This document shows positions 1 to 10,126 of a stretch of 64,000 bases of DNA, piece after piece (within the stretch, counting starts at the first letter, position 1; every line of letters begins with the position of its first letter). The DNA is taken from positions 91,504 through 155,503 of the forward strand of contig CALFMK010000001.1 of the NCBI GenBank assembly GCA_937879955.1. Reading direction: 5' to 3'. Both the position numbers and the translations under genes were made by a program. The notes beneath the pieces were generated by a model that worked only from the letters and a program-made list of their open reading frames with translations, had not been told where the DNA came from and did not search any database. Origin of the DNA: an uncultured bacterium. GTDB lineage: Bacteria; Patescibacteriota; Minisyncoccia; Phycocordibacterales; Phycocordibacteraceae.

Positions 1-339
1 AGTACCAGGTGCCGCGCGCCTGCCCCGTGACCGTGAACGACTTGCCGGTAACGGCGCCCGGCGTCGGGTTCGAGACGGCGATCATATCCGCTGATGCATT
101 CAGGTAGGTCGGGGTAGGCAGAGGGAGCTCCTCGGCGTAGGTGCGCCCGTCCGGCGTCCTGCACTGGCGAGGATAGCTCTCCATCACCGGATAGAGCGCC
201 GCGCAGTCCTCGAAGGACAGTACCTCGGGCTCGACGGCCGTCTCCTCGTGCTTCCCGAGGATGCCGGTCCCGACCACGATGCCGACGATCGCGATGAGCG
301 CGACGACGATGAATACGAAGGTTCTGAAGTGGATCATGA
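1..339 (-). CDS. Hypothetical signal-anchored protein. The 5' part only is in the window; the gene continues past the left edge.
   Basis: A minus-strand ATG at 337-339 opens an ORF reading MIHFRTFVFIVVALIAIVGIVVGTGILGKHEETAVEPEVL..., which is an N-terminal TM anchor. It runs off the window edge. It lies 9 nt downstream of the msrA stop, so it is probably co-transcribed. Confidence 0.45.
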
Positions 340-347
340 TCCGCGAA

Positions 348-863
348 TTATTTCAGGTATGAGTCGAAGTATATGGCATGGCAGGTGTAGCCGCCCGGGT
401 TCTTCTGGAGATAGTCCTGGTGGTAGTCCTCTGCCGGATAGAACGCCGTGAAGGGCTCGAGCGTCGTCACGACCGGGTCCTTCCAGCGCTTCGAGTCGTT
501 CACGATGCGGATCATGTCCTCGGCGTCCTGCTTCTCGTCCGCGTCCTGGTAGAAGATGGCGGAACGGTACGACGTGCCGACATCGTTCCCTTGCCGGTTC
601 AGGGTCGTCGGGTTGTGGATCTGGAAGAAGAAGTCGAGGAGCTGCAGGTACGAGATGACGGTCGGGTCGTACTCCACCTCGAGCGCCTCGGCGTGTCCGG
701 GATGGTTCTCGTACGTCGGGTCCGCGTTCTCCCCTCCGGTATACCCCGCTTCCGTCTTTATGATTCCTGGCTGCTGCCGCACGAGCTCCTCGAGTCCCCA
801 GAAGCACCCTCCCGCGATGTAGGCTTTCTTGGTCGTCATACTCATGAAGACGGCGTTAGGCAC
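348..863 (-). CDS. msrA: Peptide methionine sulfoxide reductase MsrA
   Basis: 171-aa ORF. It carries the GCFWG active-site motif ([13 protein letters not shown]) and is MsrA-like over its full length. Confidence 0.9.
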   Translation of the reverse strand: MPNAVFMSMTTKKAYIAGGCFWGLEELVRQQPGIIKTEAGYTGGENADPTYENHPGHAEALEVEYDPTVISYLQLLDFFFQIHNPTTLNRQGNDVGTSYRSAIFYQDADEKQDAEDMIRIVNDSKRWKDPVVTTLEPFTAFYPAEDYHQDYLQKNPGGYTCHAIYFDSYLK

Positions 864-872
864 CTAGTATTA

Positions 873-2099
873 CTACCCGGCCTGATACGCGCGGCGACGC
901 GCGTTCCAGAGGATGGTCCAGGCGATCATGATGATGAGGCCGCCTGCGATGAACGGCGACGTGAGGCCGATCACGCCGGTGCCGATGCCGGCGATGAGCG
1001 GCACGATACCCTGCGCGAGCGCCATCAAGGACCCGTTGATGCCGAGCGCTGCGCCCTGCTTGTCAGGCGACACGCTCTTGCTCACGAGCGAGCTGATGTT
1101 CGCGAACGCGAGGCCCTGCGGCACGGCCATGATCGGCACGAGGAGGAACAGGAGCAGGTTGCTGCCGACGAACGGGTACGCCACGATGGTCGCGGCCACG
1201 ATCGGGAATCCGACGAGGAGGATGCGGCGCTCCTTGAAGCGCTTGGCTACCTGCGGCAGGATCACGAGCTGCGTCACGGCGATTGACGCGCCCACCACCG
1301 CGAAGAAGGTGCCGATGCCGGCCTCAGAGTAGCCGTAGCGCACCGCGAGCAGCACGCCGATGAAGCTCGTGAAGAACGCGAAGCCGCTCATGTAGAGGAA
1401 GCTCGTGAGGTAGACCGGGAGCGCGTCCTTGTCCTGGAACGCCTGCTTGATGTTCTGGAGGCCCTTGAAGATATGGAAGTTCGCGCGGGATGCCGCGGTC
1501 GTCTTCCTGGTCTCAGGCAGGAAGAGCGCGATGAAGACGAGGTTCAGGATGCCGAGCGCGCCGGCGAATACGAACGGCATGGCTGCGTGGCTGAAAGTCG
1601 CGGCGATGATGCCGCCGAGCAAGGGGCCGAGGATGAAGCCGATGCCGAACGCCGCGCCGATGAGGCCGAAGTTTTTCGCGCGGTCCTCAGGCGCGCTCAC
1701 GTCCGCGATCGAGGCCTGGGCGATGCTCAGGTTCGCTGCCGCGAGGCCCGCGAGGATTCTCGCCACGAAGAGCACCGCGAGGGACGCCATCTCGATGCCG
1801 AACCCGAAGAGCAGGTTCGAGAACGCGAGCACGCCCACGCCTATCGTGAGGAGGCGCTTGCGGCCGTACACGTCGGAGAGCTCGCCCAGGAGCGGCGCGG
1901 CGAGGAACTGCATGAGGCCGAACACGGCCGTGATGGCGCCCGCGAGGAAGTACTGGGCCGAGACCGAGTATCCGTAGAGCATGAACGTCGGCGACGTCGG
2001 GTCGGTGAAGATCGCCGGCAGGACCGGGATCAGGATGCCCACGCTGATCGTATCGAGGAGGAGCGTGAGGAAGAGCACCAATAATGGCTTATTTTTCAT
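873..2099 (-). CDS. MFS transporter, a drug:H+ antiporter or TetA-like efflux pump
   Basis: 408 aa with about 12 TM segments. It has MFS signature motifs ([19 protein letters not shown]) and a typical DHA1 architecture. Confidence 0.8.
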   Translation of the reverse strand: MKNKPLLVLFLTLLLDTISVGILIPVLPAIFTDPTSPTFMLYGYSVSAQYFLAGAITAVFGLMQFLAAPLLGELSDVYGRKRLLTIGVGVLAFSNLLFGFGIEMASLAVLFVARILAGLAAANLSIAQASIADVSAPEDRAKNFGLIGAAFGIGFILGPLLGGIIAATFSHAAMPFVFAGALGILNLVFIALFLPETRKTTAASRANFHIFKGLQNIKQAFQDKDALPVYLTSFLYMSGFAFFTSFIGVLLAVRYGYSEAGIGTFFAVVGASIAVTQLVILPQVAKRFKERRILLVGFPIVAATIVAYPFVGSNLLLFLLVPIMAVPQGLAFANISSLVSKSVSPDKQGAALGINGSLMALAQGIVPLIAGIGTGVIGLTSPFIAGGLIIMIAWTILWNARRRAYQAG

Positions 2100-2122
2100 A
2101 GGATTATGCGTTAGGCGGGCTG

Positions 2123-2449
2123 CTAGGAATTGCGGATATCGAGCACAGGAGCAATAGGCTCTTCGACGATGTTCACGACCGTCGAGTCAGGAGGCGTGGC
2201 GAGCTGCTCGGCCAGGCGGCGGTTCTCCTTCTTGAGTCCCATGATCTTGAGGCTGTCCCCGATCGCGGACGGGATGGAGACGAGGAGGCTCACGATGACG
2301 CCGAGCGCGAACGCGATGAGGATGAGGAGCGCGAGCGAGCTCTCGAACTGCCAGCCGAGGAACGACAGCGCCACCACGGCGGTGTTCTGGAGGGCGAATA
2401 ACAGGGCTGCGGCGCCGAGCAGGAAGCCGAGGATAAGTGAAAGTATCAT
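2123..2449 (-). CDS. LapA-domain (DUF1049) small inner-membrane protein
   Basis: The tracked ORF is 2123..2518. The internal Met (MILSLILGFLLGAAALL...) gives a roughly 108-aa protein with two TM helices and a charged tail, which is typical of the LapA family. The shorter start also avoids overlap with the neighbouring gene. Confidence 0.55.
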   Translation of the reverse strand: MILSLILGFLLGAAALLFALQNTAVVALSFLGWQFESSLALLILIAFALGVIVSLLVSIPSAIGDSLKIMGLKKENRRLAEQLATPPDSTVVNIVEEPIAPVLDIRNS

Positions 2450-2501
2450 GCCTCCAGTATACAGGAAGGGTTCATGAAGGATGCGTGGAGGGTGCGTACG
2501 G

Positions 2502-2930
2502 CTACTTCCAGAGGCCAAACGGCTTCGTGAGAGCCTTTATCTGCTCGTTCTCTCCGAAGACGCCGAGCCCGAGGAGCTCTATCTCGCCCGACGGCTTCGC
2601 CCTAAGGCTCTCCTCGAGCTCCCGGTCGTCGCTGTGGTCTATCATATTGCGGGCGAATGCCAGGTACAGCACGCCCTCCTTTCGTGCCTCGCTCAAAGCC
2701 TCATGGAGCGCCTCGGACGAATCCGCGCTCTTGAGGATGATCGGATACTGCGAATTCCTCGGGAACGCCACCCCGTCTGCAGCGATGAAGGCGTCACCGG
2801 TATCGAAATCCTCCCCAAGCCTGTTCCCGAGGTAGGCCGCGATGTGGGCTATAGCGTTCGCTGCCTGCCATCCCTCGATATCCTTCCGTACTACGATCGT
2901 CAGCCTCTTGGTGAAATCTTGCTCGGACAT
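2502..2930 (-). CDS. DUF2000-family protein
   Basis: 142-aa ORF reading MSEQDFTKRLTIVVRKDIEGWQAANAIAHIAAYLG.... This matches the conserved pattern of the DUF2000 family. Confidence 0.55.
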   Translation of the reverse strand: MSEQDFTKRLTIVVRKDIEGWQAANAIAHIAAYLGNRLGEDFDTGDAFIAADGVAFPRNSQYPIILKSADSSEALHEALSEARKEGVLYLAFARNMIDHSDDRELEESLRAKPSGEIELLGLGVFGENEQIKALTKPFGLWK

Positions 2931-2939
2931 ACCTGAAGG

Positions 2940-3803
2940 TTAGCACTCCCTCGAGCAGAACACGCTCCTGTCGCTCGAGCACCCTTCGCAGACGATGAAG
3001 TGCTCGTGACAGAAGTCGTTCGCGCAGTTCACGTACTTCTCTGCTTTCGTACCGCACAGGTGGCAGACGCCGATGATCTCCCTATCGCCGCCGAAGTGCA
3101 TGGTCTTGCGTTTGTCGAAGGTGTAGAGCGAGCCGAGGAAGTCCTCTCCCGGGTACTTCTCCATGTAGCCGTGCATGCCGTTCTCGAGCTGGTACACGTC
3201 GCTGAACCCGTTCTCGAGAAGGAACGCGGACATCTTCTCGCAGCGTACGCCGCCGGTGCAGACCGTGAGCACGGTCTTGTCCTTCAGGCTCTCGAGCTTC
3301 GGGAGCGCCTTCGGGAGATCGCGCGAGTTCTCGAGCCCCGGGTTCACCGAGCCCTTGAAATGCCCGGAACGGAACTCGTAGTCGTTGCGCATGTCGACGA
3401 TCACGAAGTCCTTCTCCTCCTCGAACCAGCGCTTCAATTCCTCGGCCGGAAGATGGGTGCCGGTGCGCTTGGTCGGATCGATGGACGCCGGGAACTGCGT
3501 GCCCACGATCTCGTTGCGCACCTTCACGGAGAGCTTCGGGAACGCGTCTCCGGTCCCCTCGCTCCTCTTCACGTTCATGTCGCTGAATCGCGCATCCTCA
3601 AGGAGTTCCTCGGCGAACGCCTCGGTGTCCTCGTAGGAGCCCTCGACGGTCCCGTTCAGGCCTTCCTTCGCCACGAGGATGCGTCCGAGAAGGCCGTGCG
3701 CTGCTGCCCGCTCCCGGATCCACGCGGAAAACGCCTCCGGGTCCTCGACCGTGACGTACTTATAGAACAAGAGGATCTGCGTCTGTGCGGTAGCTGCCTG
3801 CAT
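2940..3803 (-). CDS. trhO: tRNA uridine(34) hydroxylase TrhO, a rhodanese-domain protein of the YceA/UPF0176 family
   Basis: 287 aa. It has a rhodanese fold with the diagnostic CTGGVRCEK active-site loop and a C-terminal Cys-rich tail (CHLCG...CEGC). Confidence 0.85.
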   Translation of the reverse strand: MQAATAQTQILLFYKYVTVEDPEAFSAWIRERAAAHGLLGRILVAKEGLNGTVEGSYEDTEAFAEELLEDARFSDMNVKRSEGTGDAFPKLSVKVRNEIVGTQFPASIDPTKRTGTHLPAEELKRWFEEEKDFVIVDMRNDYEFRSGHFKGSVNPGLENSRDLPKALPKLESLKDKTVLTVCTGGVRCEKMSAFLLENGFSDVYQLENGMHGYMEKYPGEDFLGSLYTFDKRKTMHFGGDREIIGVCHLCGTKAEKYVNCANDFCHEHFIVCEGCSSDRSVFCSREC

Positions 3804-3846
3804 GGCGTATAGACGGGATTCTACCCTAAAATCCCGGACCTGGGGA

Positions 3847-6153
3847 CTAGAGCGCGTTCAGGGCGGCTCGGGTCGCAGGGCCCACGGAACCCACGGCCTC
3901 GAGACCGAGGGACGCCTGGAAGCCCGCTACCGCCTGGAGCGTGACCTGGCCGAAGTAGCCGGTTATCTCCGGGAATACATAGAAGCCCTTCGCTTTCAGG
4001 ATCTCCTGGAGCGCGGATACGTCAGGGCCGGTGCTACCGAGCCCGAGCGAACGCGTGAACGTGACGCCTGACGGGATGCCGAGAACCTCGAGCACGAAGG
4101 CCGGGAGAACGATTCCCTTTTCCTGTGCCGAGAGGAAGAGCGTGCGGTTGTCGAGTATGAGCTGCGTGAGAGCGGTCGTCTGAGACTGCGCTGCGTTCAC
4201 TACGGAATCCGCGAGCGGAGAGACGATCCGGACGACGCTCTGGCCGGAACGATGGCTCGACGAGCTTTCCTCCTCGGGTTCCGGAGCAGGGTCAGGGTCC
4301 GCCTGATACTCGTATGCGCCCATGTCGCGCATAGAGCCGAACTGCCCGTTGCCAAGGATGTCGGTCGTGAACGGAGTGCTCGTCCCTGCATTTATGGCGG
4401 GAGAGGATCCGAGAAGGCGGAAGTTCTCGTCACCCGCATCGACGAACTTAGGGTCTGCAGACAGCGAGTGGGCGCCCTGCGTGAAGCCCGCGCCGCTCCA
4501 GTTCGCAGTGCCTGCATCGTACGCCAGGTTGTAGTCTTCGGTAAGCGAGGCGGAGGAAAGCTTGCTGATGCCGATGTCGAAGCCGGAGATGATGTTATTC
4601 ATCGCGATGTTGCTTGCCGGGCTCGCCATCTCTATCGCGATGCCCATGTGCGAAGGATTGTAGAACGTGTTGTTGTAGACGCGCGAGCTCGCGTTCTGGC
4701 TCATCGTGACTGAGCCTACCGTCCCGGTGGTGTCATGGACGAACACGTTGTTGTAGACGTCGACCGTCGTCGTGCTCACGTTCGTCACGCCTCCCTTCTT
4801 GTTGTTCTTTATGAATGAATTGCTCACGCTGCCCGTCGAGAAGTCGTGCCACGAGAGGCCGTCGCCGTCGCTCCCGAGGCCGTTGATGCCGTTCTCTTCC
4901 GTAGTGACCCTGTCGAATACCGTATGGACCGAATCCCTGATGTTGAGGCCGTCGTTCGTGTTCAGGTTCGCGGTCGTGTTCGTGGTCGTCGCGTACCCCG
5001 CTCCTATGTACATGATGCCGTTCGATGACGTGGCAACCGTGCCGTTCGAGTTGAACGTCGAATCCTCGATGAGGATGGTCGAGCTGCTGTCGAGGCCCTG
5101 GTACAGGAGGCCGTGATCGACGTTGTCCGACGAGCGCACGTTCGAGAGGTGTATGTTCGGGCCCGCTGCCGCCACGAACTGGATCCCTACGGACCCGCTC
5201 CCGGTCACGGTGGTGTCCGCTATGGTTACGCCCTCGGTGAAGCCGTCGAAGCGCAGTCCCCTGGCTGCGCTGTTCGTTATGGTCGCATCCGTGAGGCTCA
5301 CGTTCTTGAGGCGATTTGCGAAGTAGATGCCGTTGATGCCACTCCCGCTGACCGTGATGTCGCTCAGGGTCGCATTCTCAAGCCGTAGCAGGTTCATGCC
5401 CTGGAGCGAAGGGGCGTTCACCGTGATCCCGTCCATAACCATCCCGGAGGAAGTGGCCGCGGATGTGAACCGGATGCCGTATTGGAAATTGCTCACCGTG
5501 ATGTCCTCGAAGCGATCGTTCGTGGACGTGCCCTGGTGCGTGAAGGCGGCGGTGGAGCCGGGTCCTCCGGTGAAGGTAAGGTCATCGAAGACGTTCCCGA
5601 CCGTAGTCCCTCCTTGGATGTTTATGCCCCTTGTGCTCGACGCGAAGTTTATCCGCTGGAACGTGTTCCCCGTGTAGGTGCCCGTGAAGAGGAAGATGTC
5701 CTCGGTCGAGGCTCCCCGGAGCTCGAGATCCTGGATGGTTATGTAGGAGGCGCTGTTCCGGAGGTCGAACGACCGGCTCTGGCCCGTGGACAGGATGACG
5801 GGAGCCGTGCCTGTCCCGTATGCGCCGACGATGATCGGATTCCCGTTCGTGCCGCTCTCGTCCAGAAGCGATATGGTGCCGGCATGCGTCTGTCCGCGGT
5901 TGAAGAGGATCTGGTCGCCGGCCGCGAAGGTCGTCGAGTTAATCTTCGTCGCATTGAGCCATGGCGTGCTCGTGGAGGTGCCGTCGTTCGTGTTGTTCCC
6001 GATGGCGGAATCCACGTAATAGGTCGCCGCAGAAGCGGCTGACGGCAGCAGGAGCGCGCATGAGAGCGCCATGACGGCGATCTTCCGTATCATCCCTTTC
6101 ATAGCTTCAAGTATAGCAGCAGGGCGCCCGCGGCGGCCCTGCTTTGTGGACAC
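3847..6153 (-). CDS. Secreted right-handed parallel beta-helix repeat protein with a C-terminal peptidoglycan-binding domain
   Basis: 768 aa. The N-terminus has a signal peptide (MALSCALLLPSAASA). The middle holds many beta-helix repeats that are N/T/G/S-rich, such as IQDLELRG... and NFAS.... The C-terminus has a PG_binding_1-like segment (GPDVSALQEILKAKGFY...VGPATRAALNAL). Confidence 0.7.
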   Translation of the reverse strand: MSTKQGRRGRPAAILEAMKGMIRKIAVMALSCALLLPSAASAATYYVDSAIGNNTNDGTSTSTPWLNATKINSTTFAAGDQILFNRGQTHAGTISLLDESGTNGNPIIVGAYGTGTAPVILSTGQSRSFDLRNSASYITIQDLELRGASTEDIFLFTGTYTGNTFQRINFASSTRGINIQGGTTVGNVFDDLTFTGGPGSTAAFTHQGTSTNDRFEDITVSNFQYGIRFTSAATSSGMVMDGITVNAPSLQGMNLLRLENATLSDITVSGSGINGIYFANRLKNVSLTDATITNSAARGLRFDGFTEGVTIADTTVTGSGSVGIQFVAAAGPNIHLSNVRSSDNVDHGLLYQGLDSSSTILIEDSTFNSNGTVATSSNGIMYIGAGYATTTNTTANLNTNDGLNIRDSVHTVFDRVTTEENGINGLGSDGDGLSWHDFSTGSVSNSFIKNNKKGGVTNVSTTTVDVYNNVFVHDTTGTVGSVTMSQNASSRVYNNTFYNPSHMGIAIEMASPASNIAMNNIISGFDIGISKLSSASLTEDYNLAYDAGTANWSGAGFTQGAHSLSADPKFVDAGDENFRLLGSSPAINAGTSTPFTTDILGNGQFGSMRDMGAYEYQADPDPAPEPEEESSSSHRSGQSVVRIVSPLADSVVNAAQSQTTALTQLILDNRTLFLSAQEKGIVLPAFVLEVLGIPSGVTFTRSLGLGSTGPDVSALQEILKAKGFYVFPEITGYFGQVTLQAVAGFQASLGLEAVGSVGPATRAALNAL

Positions 6154-6160
6154 GATTCCC

Positions 6161-7018
6161 TTAGCGGATGAGCGTCCATGCGACGCCGCGGATAGGATTC
6201 GGCGCCTTCACGGATCCATTGCTCGTCACGCCCGTGACGTCGAGGAAGAGCTGCTTCCCGAGGTCCGTGGTGGCGGTCTTGCTCAGGATCGCCTTGATCG
6301 TGAAGATGCGGACCGTCCCGCTCTCGATGGTGGCCGCAAGCGGCACGAACGCGAGACCGGCCTTGAACTGCTTCGCGCCCTCGGTGCCGCCGATGGTCGC
6401 GCGGGAGCCGCCCTTGTCGTCGCTCGTCGAGAACCCGATGACGCTGTCGCCGGACGCCGAGCCGTTCTGCTTGAGCGTGAAGCCTTCGAGGTTCACGGGG
6501 CTGCCGCTCACGTTCTGCACCTTCAGGTACGCGACCGGGACGGATGCGCCCATATTCGCTGCACCTCCGGAGAGGAGCGGGAGCGCGTCGACGCTGATGA
6601 GGCCGCTGCTGCGCGTGGCGCTCGAAGACGTCCCGCCTCTAACGCCAATCGTGAGCGTGCCTTGCGCGAGTGTCGTCTGCTTCCTGTCCTTGGCGTCATA
6701 CACGGTGACAGCGTAGGTGCCGTCCGCGAGCTTCTTCGAGGACGTCACCTTCCAATGGTCGTTCCTAACCTTAAGAACCTTGCTCTTGAAGAGACGCTTG
6801 CCTGATGCGTCCCTGATCTCGACGCGCACGGTCTTCACGTTCGTCGCGTCGCCGGTAAGGGAAGGCCTGGTCTTCGCGGTCGTGAGCGATGCCGCGTCTA
6901 TGGTCGCCGCCGCCTTGGTCGCGGTAACGGTCATTGCTGCGGATGCGCCGAACGGAAGGATGCCCGTGCCGAGTAGCGCGAGCGAGAGGACGAGCGCACG
7001 GAGATGGTTCGTAGTCAT
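6161..7018 (-). CDS. Secreted hypothetical protein, probably an Ig-like surface protein
   Basis: 285 aa with a signal peptide (LVLSLALLGTGILPFGASAA). The body is Thr/Ser/Lys-rich and beta-rich. It sits 8 nt upstream of the beta-helix gene, so the two probably form an operon. Confidence 0.6.
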   Translation of the reverse strand: MTTNHLRALVLSLALLGTGILPFGASAAMTVTATKAAATIDAASLTTAKTRPSLTGDATNVKTVRVEIRDASGKRLFKSKVLKVRNDHWKVTSSKKLADGTYAVTVYDAKDRKQTTLAQGTLTIGVRGGTSSSATRSSGLISVDALPLLSGGAANMGASVPVAYLKVQNVSGSPVNLEGFTLKQNGSASGDSVIGFSTSDDKGGSRATIGGTEGAKQFKAGLAFVPLAATIESGTVRIFTIKAILSKTATTDLGKQLFLDVTGVTSNGSVKAPNPIRGVAWTLIR

Positions 7019-7095
7019 GCGAGGAGTATAGCACGGTTCCCTGGACTTATGTGCATAAGTATCGCGTAATCTTCATGAACATGAGGCCTTCACGA

Positions 7096-7130
7096 GAAAC
7101 GCCCCTGACGAATGCCAGGGGCGTTTCGTA
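7096..7130. terminator. Intrinsic terminator hairpin, bidirectional
   Basis: A 10-bp stem (AACGCCCCTG / CAGGGGCGTT) with an A-tract on the 5' side and a T-tract on the 3' side. It lies downstream of the minus-strand gene that ends at 7147. Confidence 0.5.
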
Positions 7131-7146
7131 TCGAACGATCTCCGGA

Positions 7147-7380
7147 TTAGACGCCGCCGACCGAGTCGCCGATCACCGGGTCGGAGGTGACCTCGATGAG
7201 CATCACGCCGCTGTGCGTGCTTATGCCAGGAGCGGTCGCGAGCGCGGTGTTCGCGGTCGCGGCCTCGGTCGTCATGACCTCGCCTGCATTGTTAACGTAT
7301 GCGTAGGTCGCTGCGAGCGATACGCCCGGGACGGCGACGACCGCCGCGAGAGCGAACGCACCGAGAAGTAGTTTCTTCAT
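7147..7380 (-). CDS. Small secreted hypothetical protein
   Basis: 77 aa with a signal peptide (MKKLLLGAFALAAVVAVPGVSLA). It is followed by the terminator at 7096-7130. Confidence 0.45.
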   Translation of the reverse strand: MKKLLLGAFALAAVVAVPGVSLAATYAYVNNAGEVMTTEAATANTALATAPGISTHSGVMLIEVTSDPVIGDSVGGV

Positions 7381-7481
7381 AGCAATCTAGTGGGTTACTT
7401 AATCGTTAGTATTGCTACTAACCATGCGCGCAATAGTACGCGGACCCTCATGAAGCGAGAATGAACGCTTCATGTTCGATG

Positions 7482-7730
7482 CTAGTCCCCTTCCGTGCCG
7501 AGATGTCGGGTGAAATGCTGCTTTATCGTCGTGTCGAGCGCCTTGCTGAACTCGATAGCGTGCTTCGGAGACAGGACGATCTCGGAGACGAGCTGTCCGG
7601 TGGTCGTGTTCGGGCGGACGTAGGCGAACTGGATGATGACGGAATCGTCGGATACGGTCACCTGCGTCGCGTTCACGAAGCTCGCGAGGGTGCTGGTAGG
7701 GGCGGTGATGGCTATCTGCTTCTGTTCCAT
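7482..7730 (-). CDS. DUF3467-family small protein
   Basis: 82 aa reading ...SFVNATQVTVSDDSVIIQFAYVRP...VLSPKHAIEFSKAL.... This resembles DUF3467. It is on the same strand as, and tightly spaced with, the neighbouring small genes. Confidence 0.5.
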   Translation of the reverse strand: MEQKQIAITAPTSTLASFVNATQVTVSDDSVIIQFAYVRPNTTTGQLVSEIVLSPKHAIEFSKALDTTIKQHFTRHLGTEGD

Positions 7731-7742
7731 AGTAGTGAAAGG

Positions 7743-7940
7743 TTATCCGGCAACGGCGCGCGTGCTCTCGATGAGATGTGCGACGAACGCGCTCGCGATC
7801 TCCCAGCCCTCCTTCACGTACGACCAGACGAAGGTGAAGTTGTCCTGCCCTGCCGGGGACGTGGCGACGTCCCGGATCGAGATGCCGAAGTACGAGAGCG
7901 CGAGTATCAGGATTATCACGAGGATGATGAATCGGACCAT
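7743..7940 (-). CDS. Small membrane protein, hypothetical
   Basis: 65 aa with one N-terminal TM helix (FIILVIILILALSYFG). It lies 12 nt upstream of the DUF3467 gene. Confidence 0.4.
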   Translation of the reverse strand: MVRFIILVIILILALSYFGISIRDVATSPAGQDNFTFVWSYVKEGWEIASAFVAHLIESTRAVAG

Positions 7941-8028
7941 ATGCTCCCAGTATACCCGTCCCGGGTCGTAAAGCGCACGTCCTGAAGTTGTGTAACGGTA
8001 TGATCGGAACGCGGGTATACTGGCGGCT

Positions 8029-8679
8029 ATGCCTACGAAGAAGACCGTCCTCGACGAGCGCGTGAGCGCCGCCCTGCTCCACCTGAAGAAGGCGGACCCG
8101 GTCCTCTATAAGGCCGCGCTCGCCCACAAGGCCGACCTTTCTGCCCGCTACGCGAAGAAGAAACGACATACCAGGGAGAGGCTCTTCGCCGCGCTCGCGA
8201 GCTCCGTGGCGAGCCAGCAGCTCTCCACGAAGGCGGCGGACACCATCTGGGCGAGGCTCGAGGCCGCCTGCGGAGGAGCGGTGACGCCAGAAGCCATACA
8301 GAAGCTCCGCCTCCCTTCCATGCGGAAGGCCGGGCTCTCAGGCGCGAAGGCGAAGACCCTGAAGGAGCTCTCGAACGCCGTGCTCGCAGGAGACCTCGAC
8401 CTGCTCGCGCTCCGGCGCCTTCCGGAAGAAGAAGCCGTCACGAAGCTCTCCAGCGTCTGGGGCATCGGCCGCTGGACCGCCGAGATGTTCCTCATGTTCG
8501 CGCTCGAGCGCGAGGACGTGTTCTCGCCCGGAGACCTGGGACTCCGGCGGTCCATGGAATCGATCTACGGACTCCCGAAGGACGTGCATGTCCGCGAACT
8601 CGAAGCCATAGCGCTCAGGTGGTCTCCGCACCGGACCTTCGCGTCGAGGGCGCTCTGGCGCATCCGCGACTCGGCATAG
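8029..8679 (+). CDS. alkA: DNA-3-methyladenine glycosylase II, HhH-GPD superfamily (AlkA-like)
   Basis: 216 aa. It has the helix-hairpin-helix motif and the catalytic Asp (WGIGRWTAEMFLMFAL...DVFSPGDLGLRR), which aligns with the AlkA catalytic domain. Confidence 0.85.
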   Translation: MPTKKTVLDERVSAALLHLKKADPVLYKAALAHKADLSARYAKKKRHTRERLFAALASSVASQQLSTKAADTIWARLEAACGGAVTPEAIQKLRLPSMRKAGLSGAKAKTLKELSNAVLAGDLDLLALRRLPEEEAVTKLSSVWGIGRWTAEMFLMFALEREDVFSPGDLGLRRSMESIYGLPKDVHVRELEAIALRWSPHRTFASRALWRIRDSA

Positions 8680-8726
8680 AGAAAGCCCCGCGAATGATTG
8701 CGGGGCTTTCCTGCTCTCGACCCTGT

Positions 8727-9848
8727 CTAGTTGCCGAGCACCTTCACGTAGAACGCGGCGTTCCCGTAGAGGGTGTAATCGTTCCCGCCTTCGGTCGTCT
8801 GTGCGGCGTATACCTCGGCCTCGGAGCCGATCTCCTTCTCGAGGTCGCCGACCGAATCGACGCCCTTGAGCGAGCCCAGAGGAGGAGCGGTATCGAGGCG
8901 GTATCCCGCGAGCACGATCACCTTCTTGCCGTCGACCGTGACGCTGCAGATGCCGTCCGCGAAGCAGGCCGTATCAACCGCGGAGATGGTGCCGGTGAAC
9001 GTCGCGGTCGGCGCAGGGCGCGTCATCTCGCTGATGAGCGCGCGGGTCTTCGCGCCGAAGTAGCCGGAGGCAGGCAGGATGCTGTGCGCGCCCTGGAACT
9101 CGGCGAGCGCGGCGGTCGTCAGCGTGCCGAAGTAGCCGGTCGCTCCGACGTTCGCGAGCGCCTGTGCCGCGGTACCCGTCACCTTCTTGATGAGGAACTC
9201 CTGGAGCCAAGTGACGCCGTCGCCGCGCATGCCGGTCCAGAGGTCGGAAGCCGGCATGGGCGCGTCAGCTGCGCACTCGCCCTCGTGCACGAAGGTCGCT
9301 TTCTCCGCGCCGAGGACGCAGGCGTTGCCGTAGGTCTTCTCGGTGCCGTTCGCGTCCTTTCCGCAGACGGGTGCGTACTGCATGGTGCAGGCGATCGGCA
9401 TGTTCTCGTCGACAGGCGTGAGGCCGAGCTTCTCGAGCGCGTCCTTCGCGGCCGATACGCTCTTGTAGCTCGTGTTCAGCGAGAGGCTGTCGGTGGTGTA
9501 GCCGTCGTCAGCGTTCCCGTTCGCGTAGATCGCCCAGACGGTGCCCTTCGCGAAGGTCTCGTAGCCGTCGTCATAGCCGCAGGCTGCCGAGCTGAAGCGC
9601 GTCTCCACCATCACGGTCTCCTCAAGCGAGCCCTTGTAGGTCTCCTCGACCTCGAACGTGACGCGGTACGGCGCGTTCGCGCTCTTGTCCTGCACGACGG
9701 ACTTCACGGTGCCTATGAACGCCACGTCCTTGCGGGCGAGGTTCTCGGTTGCGGATGGCGGCCAGTCGCTAGCCGGGCTGCACGCGAACGCCGTAGGCGC
9801 CACCGAGAGCATCGCTGCCAGCCCGAGCACGAGTAAGGTCTTCTTCAT
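8727..9848 (-). CDS. Secreted protein with a Kazal-like domain and a peptidoglycan-binding domain
   Basis: 373 aa. It has a signal peptide (LLVLGLAAMLSVAPTAFA). The Kazal signature reads C-x-YAPVCG-x-TYGNAC-x-HEGEC. A PG_binding_1-like segment follows (GDGVTWLQEFL...GYFGTLTTAALAEFQ...GYFGAKTRALI). Confidence 0.7.
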   Translation of the reverse strand: MKKTLLVLGLAAMLSVAPTAFACSPASDWPPSATENLARKDVAFIGTVKSVVQDKSANAPYRVTFEVEETYKGSLEETVMVETRFSSAACGYDDGYETFAKGTVWAIYANGNADDGYTTDSLSLNTSYKSVSAAKDALEKLGLTPVDENMPIACTMQYAPVCGKDANGTEKTYGNACVLGAEKATFVHEGECAADAPMPASDLWTGMRGDGVTWLQEFLIKKVTGTAAQALANVGATGYFGTLTTAALAEFQGAHSILPASGYFGAKTRALISEMTRPAPTATFTGTISAVDTACFADGICSVTVDGKKVIVLAGYRLDTAPPLGSLKGVDSVGDLEKEIGSEAEVYAAQTTEGGNDYTLYGNAAFYVKVLGN

Positions 9849-10126
9849 ACGTATGAGCTATGGGTAAGGCTTCTACAGAGATTCTATACCCACTATGACG
9901 GCGGTATGGTCCGTTACTTACACCCATGCTAGCCTGCATCCGGATGCTCGGGCGATGCCAGAGGCTACGTAAGGCTGGATCAGCATGCCAGCCTGAATAC
10001 CTCTGACGGACCGCAGGCTTATGGCCGGCCTCAGCGTACGTGCACGGGGCGAGAAAAGCTCCCTTCACGGCACCTGTAAGGAACGCCGTCCGTTCCGGAC
10101 ACCTGCGGGTGCCCGGGCATCCACCC

